Virus record (IMG/VR): IMGVR_UViG_3300045911_000143
Location: 14,355-78,354 of that record
Source of the DNA: a virus
Strand: one strand, 5' to 3'
DNA: 64,000 bases
Shown: piece after piece, positions 50,051 through 59,880 of the stretch
Numbering within the stretch: position 1 is the stretch's first letter
Layout: the number at the start of each line of letters is the position of its first letter
Made by a program: the position numbers and the translations under genes
The notes under the pieces: model-generated
What the model was told of the DNA's origin: nothing
Database searches by the model: none
The model's input: the letters and a program-made list of their open reading frames with translations, nothing else

Positions 50051-50188
50051 GTAGGTCGCCTTGCTCGCCAGTCATTCAACGAGGCTTCTCGTTGATGCTA
50101 ATCTCAACTTATTGAGATAATACAGGCATGTGATATATGTAGCAAGTCCATATGCAGGAATGTCTGGGCCTGCACCCATTTTACAAAT

Positions 50189-50262
50189 TGGTAGCGAGCC
50201 TCCGAGTTGCACGGGCTTTGAAAGGTTATGAGCCTAACCAAGACACTGGTCTTACACTCGCT
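50189..50262 (-). tRNA. degenerate tRNA-Met(CAU)
   Basis: AGCGAGT/GCTCGCT-ACCA, CTCATAA loop, weak anticodon and T stems, T-loop TGCAACT. Confidence 0.5.
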
Positions 50263-50292
50263 GTATAATTATATATTTATCTTTCAACCAGC

Positions 50293-50580
50293 TTAATATT
50301 GAATATACTTAGGTTCACTAAAATCAAACTCACCAACAGCCTTTACTTGAAAAACCTTAAGTTTATTAGTTCCATATAACTTGATAGCATCATGTAGATT
50401 ATTCTTAAGATCATCAATATTTTTATCATAAAACCCTAACTCTAAGGCATCGTTAACAAATGTTGTGAGGGTATCTATATCATCCGAACCACTTGGAACT
50501 AAAATAAACACAGTAGATTCGTTTTTGGGGGATTTTTCAGATTTAATGGCTTTTTTATTTTTCACACGATTAATCGTCAT
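50293..50580 (-). CDS. hypothetical protein
   Basis: AGGAG RBS before MTINRV. Confidence 0.55.
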   Translation of the reverse strand: MTINRVKNKKAIKSEKSPKNESTVFILVPSGSDDIDTLTTFVNDALELGFYDKNIDDLKNNLHDAIKLYGTNKLKVFQVKAVGEFDFSEPKYIQY

Positions 50581-50624
50581 ATTGTCTCCTATTTTTATCA
50601 GTATACGACAATTTGTATGAATTG

Positions 50625-51137
50625 TCAAACATTAAACCAATACTCACTTGACTTTAGTTTTCCAAACTTGTGTTCACAAATATCAAGTTTATACTTAATG
50701 AATTCAAGCTCGTAGTAGAACTTACACCCCTCAAGAAATTGTAACATCCGAGTAACGCGGAGAGTATTATGATTTTCATCACTCCACCACTCCTTTACTC
50801 GATTGTAATTGATAATTGGCGAATACAGGGAGAATCCCAAGAATGAACACATCTTCCGAGTAGCTTCAATAGCACGATCCTTGCGAATATTATTATAAAA
50901 GAAATCAGTAACAACTGGTGCAATAGGATTGAAATTACTAAGGGTCTTCGTTGGAAAAAGCCATTGGATAAAATCATGGCATTCTTCAAACTGTTCATTA
51001 GTCATGTCCATGACTTGCTCATATGTATACGGAAGATGTTCAGGTTCAAGATTATCAAAGAAACCTCGATTTGCATGATCCATGTTATAAAACATGATTG
51101 CATAATCTTCTGAGAACCGATCAAGATTGGTATTCAT
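50625..51137 (-). CDS. opioid growth factor receptor (OGFr_N)-like protein
   Basis: E..HDFIQWLFP, S.FNP.AP, HN.LR.TRML. Confidence 0.75.
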   Translation of the reverse strand: MNTNLDRFSEDYAIMFYNMDHANRGFFDNLEPEHLPYTYEQVMDMTNEQFEECHDFIQWLFPTKTLSNFNPIAPVVTDFFYNNIRKDRAIEATRKMCSFLGFSLYSPIINYNRVKEWWSDENHNTLRVTRMLQFLEGCKFYYELEFIKYKLDICEHKFGKLKSSEYWFNV

Positions 51138-51162
51138 TTTATTATCAATATTAGAAGAAAAC

Positions 51163-51237
51163 TGGTAGTCCCGGAGAATTTCGAAATCTCGACCTTCGCC
51201 TTGTAGGGGCGCTGCTCTGCCTCTGAGCTACAGGACT
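51163..51237 (-). tRNA. tRNA-Val(UAC)
   Basis: Cloverleaf; loop CCTACAA (C33). Confidence 0.85.
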
Positions 51238-51277
51238 ATAGTCATAAACTATAGCATATTTTGCTATGTTGTCAATG

Positions 51278-51369
51278 TGGCGGAAGGTGAGGGATTCGAA
51301 CCCCCGGACCCTTATGGGGGCCTCTAGTTTTCAAGACTAGCGTAATAAACCGGACTCTACCAACCTTCC
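51278..51369 (-). tRNA. tRNA-Ser(UGA)
   Basis: Class II, G73. Confidence 0.9.
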
Positions 51370-51379
51370 GTTTTAATCT

Positions 51380-51455
51380 TGGCATGTCGTGAGGGACTTG
51401 AACCCCCAACCTGCGGTTTTGGAGACCGCCGCTCTGCCAATTGAGCTACCGACAT
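51380..51455 (-). tRNA. tRNA-Trp(CCA)
   Basis: CTCCAAA loop, G73. Confidence 0.9.
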
Positions 51456-51564
51456 ATAATATTTGTATACAGTATATATTCTTCTTGATTTCTTGTCAAT
51501 GTTATTCCAGACGAAGGATTTTATAATCTCAGACCATTTTTAGATTCCAAGCCTATATGTAAAA

Positions 51565-51655
51565 TGGCGGAAAGTGAGGGATTCGAACCCCCGGAACCTT
51601 TATTAGATTCGCTTCTTTAGCAAAGAAGTGTAATAGACCACTCTACCAACTTTCC
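51565..51655 (-). tRNA. tRNA-Ser(GCU)
   Basis: Class II, TTGCTAA loop. Confidence 0.9.
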
Positions 51656-51661
51656 TTAATA

Positions 51662-51738
51662 TGGCAGCCCCGGAGGGACTCGAACCCCCATAATACAGAT
51701 TCAAAGTCTGCCGCCTAAACCATTCGGACCACGGGGCA
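51662..51738 (-). tRNA. tRNA-Gln(UUG)
   Basis: CTTTGAA loop, G73. Confidence 0.9.
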
Positions 51739-51758
51739 ATATTTATATAACCTTTATC

Positions 51759-51835
51759 TGGCCCGCCCGGAGGGATTCGAACCCCCAGCCATCGGATTAG
51801 AAGTCCAATGCTCTATCCTATTGAGCTACGGGCGG
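51759..51835 (-). tRNA. tRNA-Arg(UCU)
   Basis: CTTCTAA loop. Confidence 0.9.
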
Positions 51836-51858
51836 ATTATTCAGATAGTATACGTTAT

Positions 51859-52062
51859 TTATGTGAGATTTCCAAGTGCCTTAAGGGCGGGTGCAATCCA
51901 CAAAATAAACTCCCTAATACCAATACCCACGACGCAAAAAATAACAAAGACAATGTAAGACCCCACAAGGATGACGATTGCAAGACCGAGGCAAATCATT
52001 ATATAAGCAACTGCGGTGCCAAACAAATTTCTGATAAATGCAACAACGTCACCGAAAGTCAT
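51859..52062 (-). CDS. small membrane protein
   Basis: Hydrophobic; AAGGA upstream. Confidence 0.5.
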   Translation of the reverse strand: MTFGDVVAFIRNLFGTAVAYIMICLGLAIVILVGSYIVFVIFCVVGIGIREFILWIAPALKALGNLT

Positions 52063-52146
52063 TATCTTGTTCCTTGTAATTAAGAAATAGTGCTTTGATG
52101 CACGCTTATATGTTTAGTTATACTTCTAATTATGAATGTTTTAGTT

Positions 52147-52233
52147 TGGTAGGGCCGGAGGGACTCGAACCCACACGCTCGTAAGAGCAAGAGATTTTAA
52201 GTCTCCGTTGTCTACCAATTCCAACACGGCCCC
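52147..52233 (-). tRNA. tRNA-Leu(UAA)
   Basis: Class II, CTTAAAA loop. Confidence 0.9.
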
Positions 52234-52306
52234 ACATCTATTCAGTTGTAATCACATCGTTCAACAATTATATGCTACAGAACTTCAAATGTCAACGTTT
52301 ACAATT

Positions 52307-52390
52307 TGGTACCATCGGTCGGACTCGAACCGACAAGGCTTTCGCCAGCAGTTTTTGAGACTGCCGTGTATACCGTTCCACCACGATGGC
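52307..52390 (-). tRNA. tRNA-Leu(CAA)
   Basis: Class II, CTCAAAA loop. Confidence 0.9.
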
Positions 52391-52472
52391 ATAAAGCTAT
52401 TTAGTGTCGTCTTCAATTTTCTATGTTTCGTTTATTGAACTCCTAATCTTGCTGAGGGTCAACAAACTCAAT

Positions 52473-53093
52473 TCACTCCAACAATTTCTTTTTAATAACA
52501 GTATAAAGTCCCGGATTCACCTTCAAAGCGTGGGGGATCATATCATGCCTGACCACATTACGCATATAGTCTCTAGATTCATTTGAAGGATCGTCAATAA
52601 ACGGTACACCGTGTTTAATACAAAAATCTCTAAGCTGTTGTTTCGTATTAACCATGAAAGGCCGCCAGATGTTAGCGTGATTGACCGGGATCAATCTAGG
52701 ATTTCCATGACAGGCCGTCATCAGCCAATTCTCGACACAATCATCCAGAGTATGTCCGGTAAGAATGTTGATATCGGAAAAACTCTTGAAAAATTTAAGA
52801 CGTTGATTTCGCCAGAACTCTTCCTTAGATTCGTTACTAGGCTTCTGTTCTGTAATTGTCATCTTATGGTAATGACAACGCTTGCGTCCAGCAACATATT
52901 CCTCTACCAAGTTACTGGCCTTATCTGCAAACTCTCCGGTCCCATGATTGACATGAAAAACGTGAATCTCATTTTTAGGAAAAAGACTCAGTAGATGAAG
53001 AACCGCCATAGAATCAGAACCGCCAGAAACAGCAACGCCGATTTTATTATCGGCGTTGAGTAGTCTGTAGGGTTTGAAAATCGATTCAATCAT
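52473..53093 (-). CDS. tilS: tRNA(Ile)-lysidine synthetase (N-terminal domain only)
   Basis: AVSGGSDS, HVNHG, TGHTLDD..E, RP, DPSN....Y.RN..RH. Confidence 0.9.
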   Translation of the reverse strand: MIESIFKPYRLLNADNKIGVAVSGGSDSMAVLHLLSLFPKNEIHVFHVNHGTGEFADKASNLVEEYVAGRKRCHYHKMTITEQKPSNESKEEFWRNQRLKFFKSFSDINILTGHTLDDCVENWLMTACHGNPRLIPVNHANIWRPFMVNTKQQLRDFCIKHGVPFIDDPSNESRDYMRNVVRHDMIPHALKVNPGLYTVIKKKLLE

Positions 53094-53449
53094 AGCGTCA
53101 TTGACCAACCATTGAAGTAACTTGTTAGGATCAGTTTAGCATCATCTTCTTTCTTAAGGAAATGATGCTTTACGAGCATGTCATAATGGGCTTTCACCAA
53201 TTCTGCGAGTTTTATCGCATAATCATTGATGAAATCGTCTTCCTCGCTAATTTCAGATAGCACAACTTTAATAGTTGTTGCAATTACTGCCGCATGATCT
53301 AGTCTGATTCCTTCCTCCACTAATCTAGTTCTAAAAGAAATCAGAAACTTATGATTAGCAGTGTTAGGACCAATATTCTTTAAGTTCTCTACTTGTTGCA
53401 GCAGTAATGTCTTTCTTTCTGAAATTGTAAGACTCATTGTTAATGCCAT
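53090..53449 (-). CDS. hypothetical protein
   Basis: ORF; tiling. Confidence 0.5.
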   Translation of the reverse strand: MALTMSLTISERKTLLLQQVENLKNIGPNTANHKFLISFRTRLVEEGIRLDHAAVIATTIKVVLSEISEEDDFINDYAIKLAELVKAHYDMLVKHHFLKKEDDAKLILTSYFNGWSMTL

Positions 53450-53628
53450 TCCTTGTTATGATGCTCATCATAATCCATGTTTGTGGTTTCCTCAATCTGA
53501 TCCTCAATATCAGCAATCTGTGCTTCGAGGTCCGCGATCATATCTTCATCCGGTTCCACAGCATTTCGAGCGGCGGTAAGTTCAGCCGAGAGGGTACGAA
53601 GTTTAGCGGTCAAGTTCTTAAGGTTCAT
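53440..53628 (-). CDS. small coiled-coil protein
   Basis: GAGGA RBS. Confidence 0.55.
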   Translation of the reverse strand: MNLKNLTAKLRTLSAELTAARNAVEPDEDMIADLEAQIADIEDQIEETTNMDYDEHHNKEWH

Positions 53629-53684
53629 CGGTGCTACAATTCCTCTTTGAGTTTGTAAGTATTATACCACTTATGTTTTGGTTG

Positions 53685-54161
53685 TCAAGAAAATTTTTTA
53701 TTTAAAAATCTTTTTACTAAAGGTTTTTCGTTTTTAACTGCTTCTGCTTCCCAAGGAAGATTTAAAAAATTATTATCTGACTTGGTAGCATGGTCATATA
53801 CATTTGACCCATATGATATACCATTCCATATCCAGTCAACGCTACCTTTATATTCTTTAATCTGTAACTTTCCTGTTACAAATTGCTTGCAGTGAGTTGC
53901 TTCGTGAGCCAATGTTAAAAGTATATCATAAACTGGTATGCGTCTATCAACAGATATTATTACAGTTTTCCCATCGAGGTACGCAGTACCTTGGTTTCCA
54001 TCTAGGTGGACAGAGTTTTCATGTTTTGCTAAAATTAACTTAATCTTCAGTTTTTTCAAATACTTAGCGGGTATTAAATAGGTTAAAAAATCCTCTAATG
54101 CTTCTTTATAGAAGCCTAGATTTTGTCTTTCTCCGCCACGTTGGGAAACTTTAATCTTCAT
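53685..54161 (-). CDS. zincin metallopeptidase
   Basis: LAHEATHCKQ, PWE.EA; late-type promoter. Confidence 0.75.
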   Translation of the reverse strand: MKIKVSQRGGERQNLGFYKEALEDFLTYLIPAKYLKKLKIKLILAKHENSVHLDGNQGTAYLDGKTVIISVDRRIPVYDILLTLAHEATHCKQFVTGKLQIKEYKGSVDWIWNGISYGSNVYDHATKSDNNFLNLPWEAEAVKNEKPLVKRFLNKKFS

Positions 54162-54217
54162 ACCACTATTTATTAAAAAGGTTTGGGGGGATTACTCCCC
54201 CCTCCCCTCACCCTTGA

Positions 54218-55219
54218 TTACTTAACATCAGTATAAGCCTGACCGTCGCGGATTCGTCCCACCGTGCGGCGGCTAGTACCGTAATGATTGGCGATTTCCG
54301 TAAGCGTCCAACCCTGCTTGAGTGCCTTTCGGATATTACGGACGGTTTCATCATCGAGGGAGCGGTTGGGGATGACAAAGGGTTCCTCTTCCTGCACCTC
54401 TTCCCAAACATTACTATCCTCTTCCTGAGTCTCTTCCGGCTCATCCCAAATATCATAAATGGAATTGCCAGCCGTGTTTACAAAAGAATCAGGAATTCGC
54501 TGAGACCAATCAATTTCCTCAAGAATCAAATACTTACAGGCACGACCCTTGGAATTGTTATAATCTACCGGGATTGAAACAACGTCACGGGGATTAATCT
54601 TCAAGACCACAAGACGATGACCTTGCTGCCGACTTCCATAGTTGCCATTTTCGACGTAATTCAGACTTGCAAAATGCAGGCCGGTGGAACAAGTGCGATT
54701 GCGGTCGCTGTCAACAGTCTCACGAGGCACTTCAACAACACTGCCAACGGCATTATCCATAGTGCCACTGTAAATGTCCTTATAATCACCACGAATCATC
54801 TTGTAAGCCAGAAAATGACCATCTTCAGTGATCGGAAGTTCCGAACACGAAAGAAAATCGTAGAGTTCATTAATAGCAGACTGCGATGGATTCTGCATCA
54901 GATTATCCATAAAACGGATCAACGGATCAATTTCAAAGCCATTAGCAAACATATCCAAAATGCGGTTCGTGAGAGCATTATGGATCGGAGTACCATTGTA
55001 GTAAATGGCATCTTCACAAACACTGATTGCACCATGCGACTTAAGAACAATCAAATCCTTCATGCGAGACAATCCGCGAACAGCATCCCAATTCTTGATC
55101 TTAATTGCATCAAGAATCATGTTATACAACTTATTGCTTGCCGTAACAGCAAAGGTACGACCGTCAACAAAAACAGTAAGACTATTTGCGTTGACGATAA
55201 ACGGAACAGGATTGTTCAT
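54218..55219 (-). CDS. rIIB: rIIB lysis-inhibition/anti-Rex protein
   Basis: NPS...I.ELY.FL, IT.DG.F.AYK, CS.GLH, INPRDVVSIP.DY...KGR.C.Y; C-terminal HTH. Confidence 0.9.
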   Translation of the reverse strand: MNNPVPFIVNANSLTVFVDGRTFAVTASNKLYNMILDAIKIKNWDAVRGLSRMKDLIVLKSHGAISVCEDAIYYNGTPIHNALTNRILDMFANGFEIDPLIRFMDNLMQNPSQSAINELYDFLSCSELPITEDGHFLAYKMIRGDYKDIYSGTMDNAVGSVVEVPRETVDSDRNRTCSTGLHFASLNYVENGNYGSRQQGHRLVVLKINPRDVVSIPVDYNNSKGRACKYLILEEIDWSQRIPDSFVNTAGNSIYDIWDEPEETQEEDSNVWEEVQEEEPFVIPNRSLDDETVRNIRKALKQGWTLTEIANHYGTSRRTVGRIRDGQAYTDVK

Positions 55220-55297
55220 AAATTAACTCCAAGGGTTTTTTGGTTTAGTGTGTCGGCTGGTTCTCCAACCGACACACATATCTTACTTCAAATAGTG

Positions 55298-57421
55298 TCA
55301 GCCGTCAACAACCTTATCAAAGTGTTTGATATAATCAGCGGTATGCTGGTCCCATCCGTTACCGAGACCATAAATACACTTCCACTGAATCATGCCAAGA
55401 TTTTTACTAATCTTTTCCATAGCATTTTGAATATTTTTCTTATACACAGTTCCATTAAGCCCTGTTGATAGCGTATTGAAGAACTTTTTGTTAAAAGTAT
55501 AACTTTCAAGGTCTGACCATGCGCTGATTTCCTTATTGAAGTGATTAACAAACTTACTAAGGCGATTCTTGACCTGAATAATATTCATCAGGTTAGTTCC
55601 AGAAATGTCATACTTTCTAGCAAAATTAACAACATCTTCAGTGATACCAATTCGACCCAAAAGATCAACGGCTTCCTTTGCGAGAACGTATTTAGTGTAA
55701 CGCTTCTTAGTAAAACGCTTATCAATTTCTCTGTCGAGCCTTTCCACCATCGAAGACAACGATACGGCTTCCGGGTTTTCCTTCATAAACCTATCGTATT
55801 CCTTACTACGGATGCCGATAATCGTATTACCTTGACGTGTAATGTGCCTCATATGATAAATATGAGCGGAACCATTTTCGACATTAGAACGCTCGACCTT
55901 CACAACCACAATATTGTCATACTCGGTCGGGTCGAAATCAGTAATGCGATTCCAAGTGCGAGTAGAATATTCATTTGATGAAGTAGCATCAAAAGAATAC
56001 GCTTCCGGCACCTTGTAACCGCTACGAGAACCGCGAACCGCTACAGTCTTAGGTGGCTCAGGAATATCCGAGACAGCAATAACCTTAGCACCACCAAGCG
56101 CCTTAGAAATATCAGCAGCCGAGTGCAACACAGATGGATTTACAATGTAAACCTTCTGCGGCTTATCAGCCAGATTTTCAATATAAGAATTAATCCGCTT
56201 TACATAAGACTTCGTGGTGTTCTTATAAATAAACAACGTGCTAAAATTGGGAGTTACAATGCTAATCCCGGTAATACGGGGGCGACGACTGTCACCATAA
56301 AAATATTGATTACCATAGCAAGAAATCGCCTTATTCAATTGCAGATCAATACGACCGTAAACGGCATGATAAGCATTGTTAGTAAAATTGTTCATTGCCA
56401 TCTTGGCAAACTTACCAAAGAAATGATTTGTGTTAATCACACACGCTCGTTCCCAATCCGTAGTCGCTGTGGCAAGACGATCAGCAATAGCATCATTCAC
56501 TTGATCCGACGCCTTTTCCAGATATTCATTAAGTGAATCAATCGTGACCTTGGAGTAAGAAATACCTTCACGGGAAGCAATAACTTCAATCTTACCAATA
56601 GGCACGGTCAAAGTGCCACCAATATCTTGAATATTGGAAAGGAATTCACGGGCCTTTGGCGTCAACTTAGCCATTTCTGCAAAGTTTGCGTTAGCCAGCG
56701 GATAACCCACCTGCCCCTGAATAACATAAATCCCATGATAAGAGCGATTCAGGGTGAGGTTAGAAACCTTAAGAGTATCTGGGGTAGTGGGCGTGACAAA
56801 TTCAAATCCGGGACAATTTTTAATTTCCGGCTTGACAGTAAAGAAACGCAACTGCTCCGCTACTGCATTACGGAAATTGACGAAATCACCACGGTTCACC
56901 GGAACCTTGATTTCCACACCATTATGATTATCGGTTTGCTGGCGACCAAGTTCTGCAATTGCAGGCACCCCATCATCATTCAGGTACGCACTATAAAAAA
57001 CAGTCTGACCATTATAAGTGGAAGTGACCGTGAACGTATCGGTGTAGGCAAAGGGAGTCTTAGACCCAAGGCCAAAGGCACCAATAACGTCATTAGAATT
57101 TTCTTTGGTGGACGAAAAATAAGTCGTAAAAATATTACGGACAGCATCTTCCGACAGACCAAGACCATAGTCAGTCACCGAAAAATAAGGTTCCATCGCA
57201 TCCGGCAGATGGATAACAAAAGGCATATCAGGACGGCCAGCCTGAACATGACTGTCATACGCATTGCAGGAAATCTCCCGAACGAGAGAGCCGATCTTAT
57301 CCTTATAAATGGTGTCCGACAAAACGCGAAACGCTTTGCCATTCATCGCAATAGAAAACGAGGACTCAGCCCCGACATTCGACTTGATAACGCCAGCATC
57401 AGAAGGCTTAGAAAGAATCAC
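55298..57421 (-). CDS. rIIA: rIIA protein (GHKL ATPase N-terminus)
   Basis: KAF..LSD.IY, RE...NA.DSH, D.G.G, STK..SN..IG.FGLGSK, SRE.ISY. Confidence 0.9.
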   Translation of the reverse strand: MILSKPSDAGVIKSNVGAESSFSIAMNGKAFRVLSDTIYKDKIGSLVREISCNAYDSHVQAGRPDMPFVIHLPDAMEPYFSVTDYGLGLSEDAVRNIFTTYFSSTKENSNDVIGAFGLGSKTPFAYTDTFTVTSTYNGQTVFYSAYLNDDGVPAIAELGRQQTDNHNGVEIKVPVNRGDFVNFRNAVAEQLRFFTVKPEIKNCPGFEFVTPTTPDTLKVSNLTLNRSYHGIYVIQGQVGYPLANANFAEMAKLTPKAREFLSNIQDIGGTLTVPIGKIEVIASREGISYSKVTIDSLNEYLEKASDQVNDAIADRLATATTDWERACVINTNHFFGKFAKMAMNNFTNNAYHAVYGRIDLQLNKAISCYGNQYFYGDSRRPRITGISIVTPNFSTLFIYKNTTKSYVKRINSYIENLADKPQKVYIVNPSVLHSAADISKALGGAKVIAVSDIPEPPKTVAVRGSRSGYKVPEAYSFDATSSNEYSTRTWNRITDFDPTEYDNIVVVKVERSNVENGSAHIYHMRHITRQGNTIIGIRSKEYDRFMKENPEAVSLSSMVERLDREIDKRFTKKRYTKYVLAKEAVDLLGRIGITEDVVNFARKYDISGTNLMNIIQVKNRLSKFVNHFNKEISAWSDLESYTFNKKFFNTLSTGLNGTVYKKNIQNAMEKISKNLGMIQWKCIYGLGNGWDQHTADYIKHFDKVVDG

Positions 57422-57492
57422 TTTGTGTCTCCGCTGTGAAAGGAAGAACAGTATAGGGTAATGAAACTAGATTGTCAACTAATTAGTTATTA

Positions 57493-57741
57493 CTATTCGA
57501 TCAAGTAATCGGATGGAATACTATCAATCAATTTAATGTCGTCATCGATTTCATGAAATTCAATGAATTCTTCAAGATCAGGTTCAAAGTCAATCCCAAG
57601 AACCTTGTTTACAAAATCAACAGCTAAATCAGTGTCAGTATCACTCAAATTATTGTAAATAGTCAACAGATCATACGGCGTCCTATAGTAGTGAACAGAG
57701 GTTCCGTACTCATGATTGTGTATAACGGAATACTTTTTCAT
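57493..57741 (-). CDS. hypothetical protein
   Basis: ORF; tiling. Confidence 0.5.
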   Translation of the reverse strand: MKKYSVIHNHEYGTSVHYYRTPYDLLTIYNNLSDTDTDLAVDFVNKVLGIDFEPDLEEFIEFHEIDDDIKLIDSIPSDYLIE

Positions 57742-57985
57742 AACACTTCCTTATAAATTGAGGTCATCATACTAATATGATTGATTTCTACCACGCGATA
57801 ACCTTTCTTAAACTCTCTACCAAATTTGTCTAATAGCGGAGTTCCGTAAGGAAGCATATAAAATTCCGCCCGCATGAGTGGAATTCCCAGTTTCCCATTA
57901 GGAAGACAAATTGGTAATTGTGTTTGGAGTTCGCGCATGGTAAATTGGTGGGGCAGTCGATGCTACCCCACCATCCTAGCACATA

Positions 57986-58231
57986 TTACGACCGACTGCC
58001 TTCACGGACAAGACTATGGTAATAAGTATTTGCGCTACCCTTCGGGAGACCGAGTTCTGACACAAACGCAGCCTTAACATCCTTTGCAGGCGAACCAGCA
58101 AGGCGCTGGTAAATGCTACGAGCCTGAGAATACTTAGAATTCGGATCAGGCTTGCGACCCGACTTGCGACCAGAAACGGTAGCCGGAACAACTTCATTGG
58201 TAACAACGGTATTAGCATTAACTTCACTCAT
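57986..58231 (-). CDS. small basic DNA-binding protein related to the AT-hook pair
   Basis: RKSGRKP..SKY..A..IY...G....SA.TY; AGGAG RBS. Confidence 0.55.
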   Translation of the reverse strand: MSEVNANTVVTNEVVPATVSGRKSGRKPDPNSKYSQARSIYQRLAGSPAKDVKAAFVSELGLPKGSANTYYHSLVREGSRS

Positions 58232-58345
58232 GGTGTTTCTCCTAGTTTATGGTGGTTTTGGAAACGCCCCTATTCACCATGAATAGGGGAAATCTGAAAG
58301 GTACCACACCGAACCTTTATGTTCCAGTTTTTACATTCTATATCG

Positions 58346-59122
58346 TTATGCAGCCTTTGTCAATACATTACCAAAAACATTTTGAGTTTTAATGTCGCGG
58401 ACGAAACCGGACTTATCTTTACGTGCCTCACCCTTTGCAGTCAAAAGAACAAAATGTCCCCCCTTGGGGTCATAAAACCGCACGTCAGACTTGTCCCCAT
58501 CCACAGCAGGATAACCCGCAAATGTATCAGGCTTGATTTCCTTACGTTTTGTATTCACTACAACTGCAACATTATAGCCGGTTTTGATTGCAATTGCAGC
58601 CTCAGCATCATTATTCTCAGCGAGAGAAAAGGTAAGATGATAATTCGGTTCACGGATTGCAGCATCACGGCCAAGAATTTTCGTGTAATCATAAAACATG
58701 ATTTCACGAAACGCTTGCATAACATTACGATAAGTAATCCCGCCACGCATAACAGAAATCTTCTCCCAAGGAATATCGCTAGTCCCATTGAGACGGGCGG
58801 CTGGAATCATATTCTTACGCTTGGCCTTGCGAATCAAGCGTTCAAGGTCATTGACCAAAGTTTCCATGAAAGATTTACGGTCAATAAAAAACCAACGAGT
58901 TTTATTTACCCGAGCATTACGAGTCTTTTGGTAATACCCACGTCCAGCCGTATAAAGGCACGCAGCCTTACAACCATCGGAGGCTTTAGGGCAAACTTGA
59001 AACCCCGAAAGATTCACCGGAGCGAGATAAAGAATGCCAGTCATAACCCCAAGACTATTACCCTTAATTGTCTTGGCATCAGCCGAGATTGCCAGCAGTT
59101 TCTTGACCTTATTGAATTGCAT
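58346..59122 (-). CDS. Gp88-like (radical-SAM-related) protein
   Basis: CP.AS.GC...CL..AGRG, RLNGTSD, FYDYTK, NYHLTFS, DGD.SD.RF.D. Confidence 0.8.
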   Translation of the reverse strand: MQFNKVKKLLAISADAKTIKGNSLGVMTGILYLAPVNLSGFQVCPKASDGCKAACLYTAGRGYYQKTRNARVNKTRWFFIDRKSFMETLVNDLERLIRKAKRKNMIPAARLNGTSDIPWEKISVMRGGITYRNVMQAFREIMFYDYTKILGRDAAIREPNYHLTFSLAENNDAEAAIAIKTGYNVAVVVNTKRKEIKPDTFAGYPAVDGDKSDVRFYDPKGGHFVLLTAKGEARKDKSGFVRDIKTQNVFGNVLTKAA

Positions 59123-59185
59123 GTATGCCTCCCTAGAAGGTAGGAGAACACTATAAGATTAATAGAATGGAATGTCAAGTACTTA

Positions 59186-59213
59186 AAAAGAAAGCCCCTA
59201 TATGGGGCTTTCT
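59186..59213. terminator. intrinsic terminator
   Basis: aagaaagcccc-tatat-ggggctttctt. Confidence 0.7.
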
Positions 59214-59218
59214 TCTAT

Positions 59219-59824
59219 TCAAAACAAAGCAACACCGGAAATTATCATAAAACTTACTGTGAAGACAGTACCAAAACAAACAAATCCACTGGTCCATTCA
59301 GGGTCTATAGATTTTTCAGAAGCCACTCGCTTAACCGAAGTAAGACCCCATAAGATAGGCACATACTGATATTCATAAGAAAATGCAAAGGCTTTATAAA
59401 ATTTATAAAAGGAAAATAACCACACACATACCATAAATATCCAAAGGATTGCTGAAATAAATGTGCTACCGCCGAAATTAAAGATCAACAATCCGGCTAG
59501 AATCCAACCCGCTGGGCTGTTAAGAAAATCATTGACTGCAATTCCAAGTTCCTTGGCTGCAATACCAATCGCGTGTGCAAAGTCTTTACTTGCTTGCCCC
59601 CAAGCTGAAACCTTATCTTTATTTTCTACTGCATTTTTAACAGCATGATCCACTACATTGGTTTTTACTTGACAATGTGCCAGCCAACTTTCAAGCTCTA
59701 TGACTGAGATTTTAGTAAGTTCAACTGCGGGAATATCACAATTAAACCCTTGCTTAGGTGCAGGCTGATCGGCACTGGCAATTCCACTAACGATTAACAA
59801 AGCAAAAGCAATCAAGTTCTTCAT
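59219..59824 (-). CDS. membrane protein with signal peptide
   Basis: AIG.AAKELG.AVNDF..SP.G motif, several TM segments. Confidence 0.7.
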   Translation of the reverse strand: MKNLIAFALLIVSGIASADQPAPKQGFNCDIPAVELTKISVIELESWLAHCQVKTNVVDHAVKNAVENKDKVSAWGQASKDFAHAIGIAAKELGIAVNDFLNSPAGWILAGLLIFNFGGSTFISAILWIFMVCVWLFSFYKFYKAFAFSYEYQYVPILWGLTSVKRVASEKSIDPEWTSGFVCFGTVFTVSFMIISGVALF

Positions 59825-59880
59825 TATTTTCTCCAAGAGTTAAATTGCGTGATCTATTCTATGATTAATAGAATGTAATA

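Noticed and set aside
37096-59143. Long + strand ORFs (e.g. 37096-38004, 54617-55468, 56627-57439, 58319-59143)
   Set aside because: Antisense shadows of well-supported minus-strand genes with no recognisable motifs
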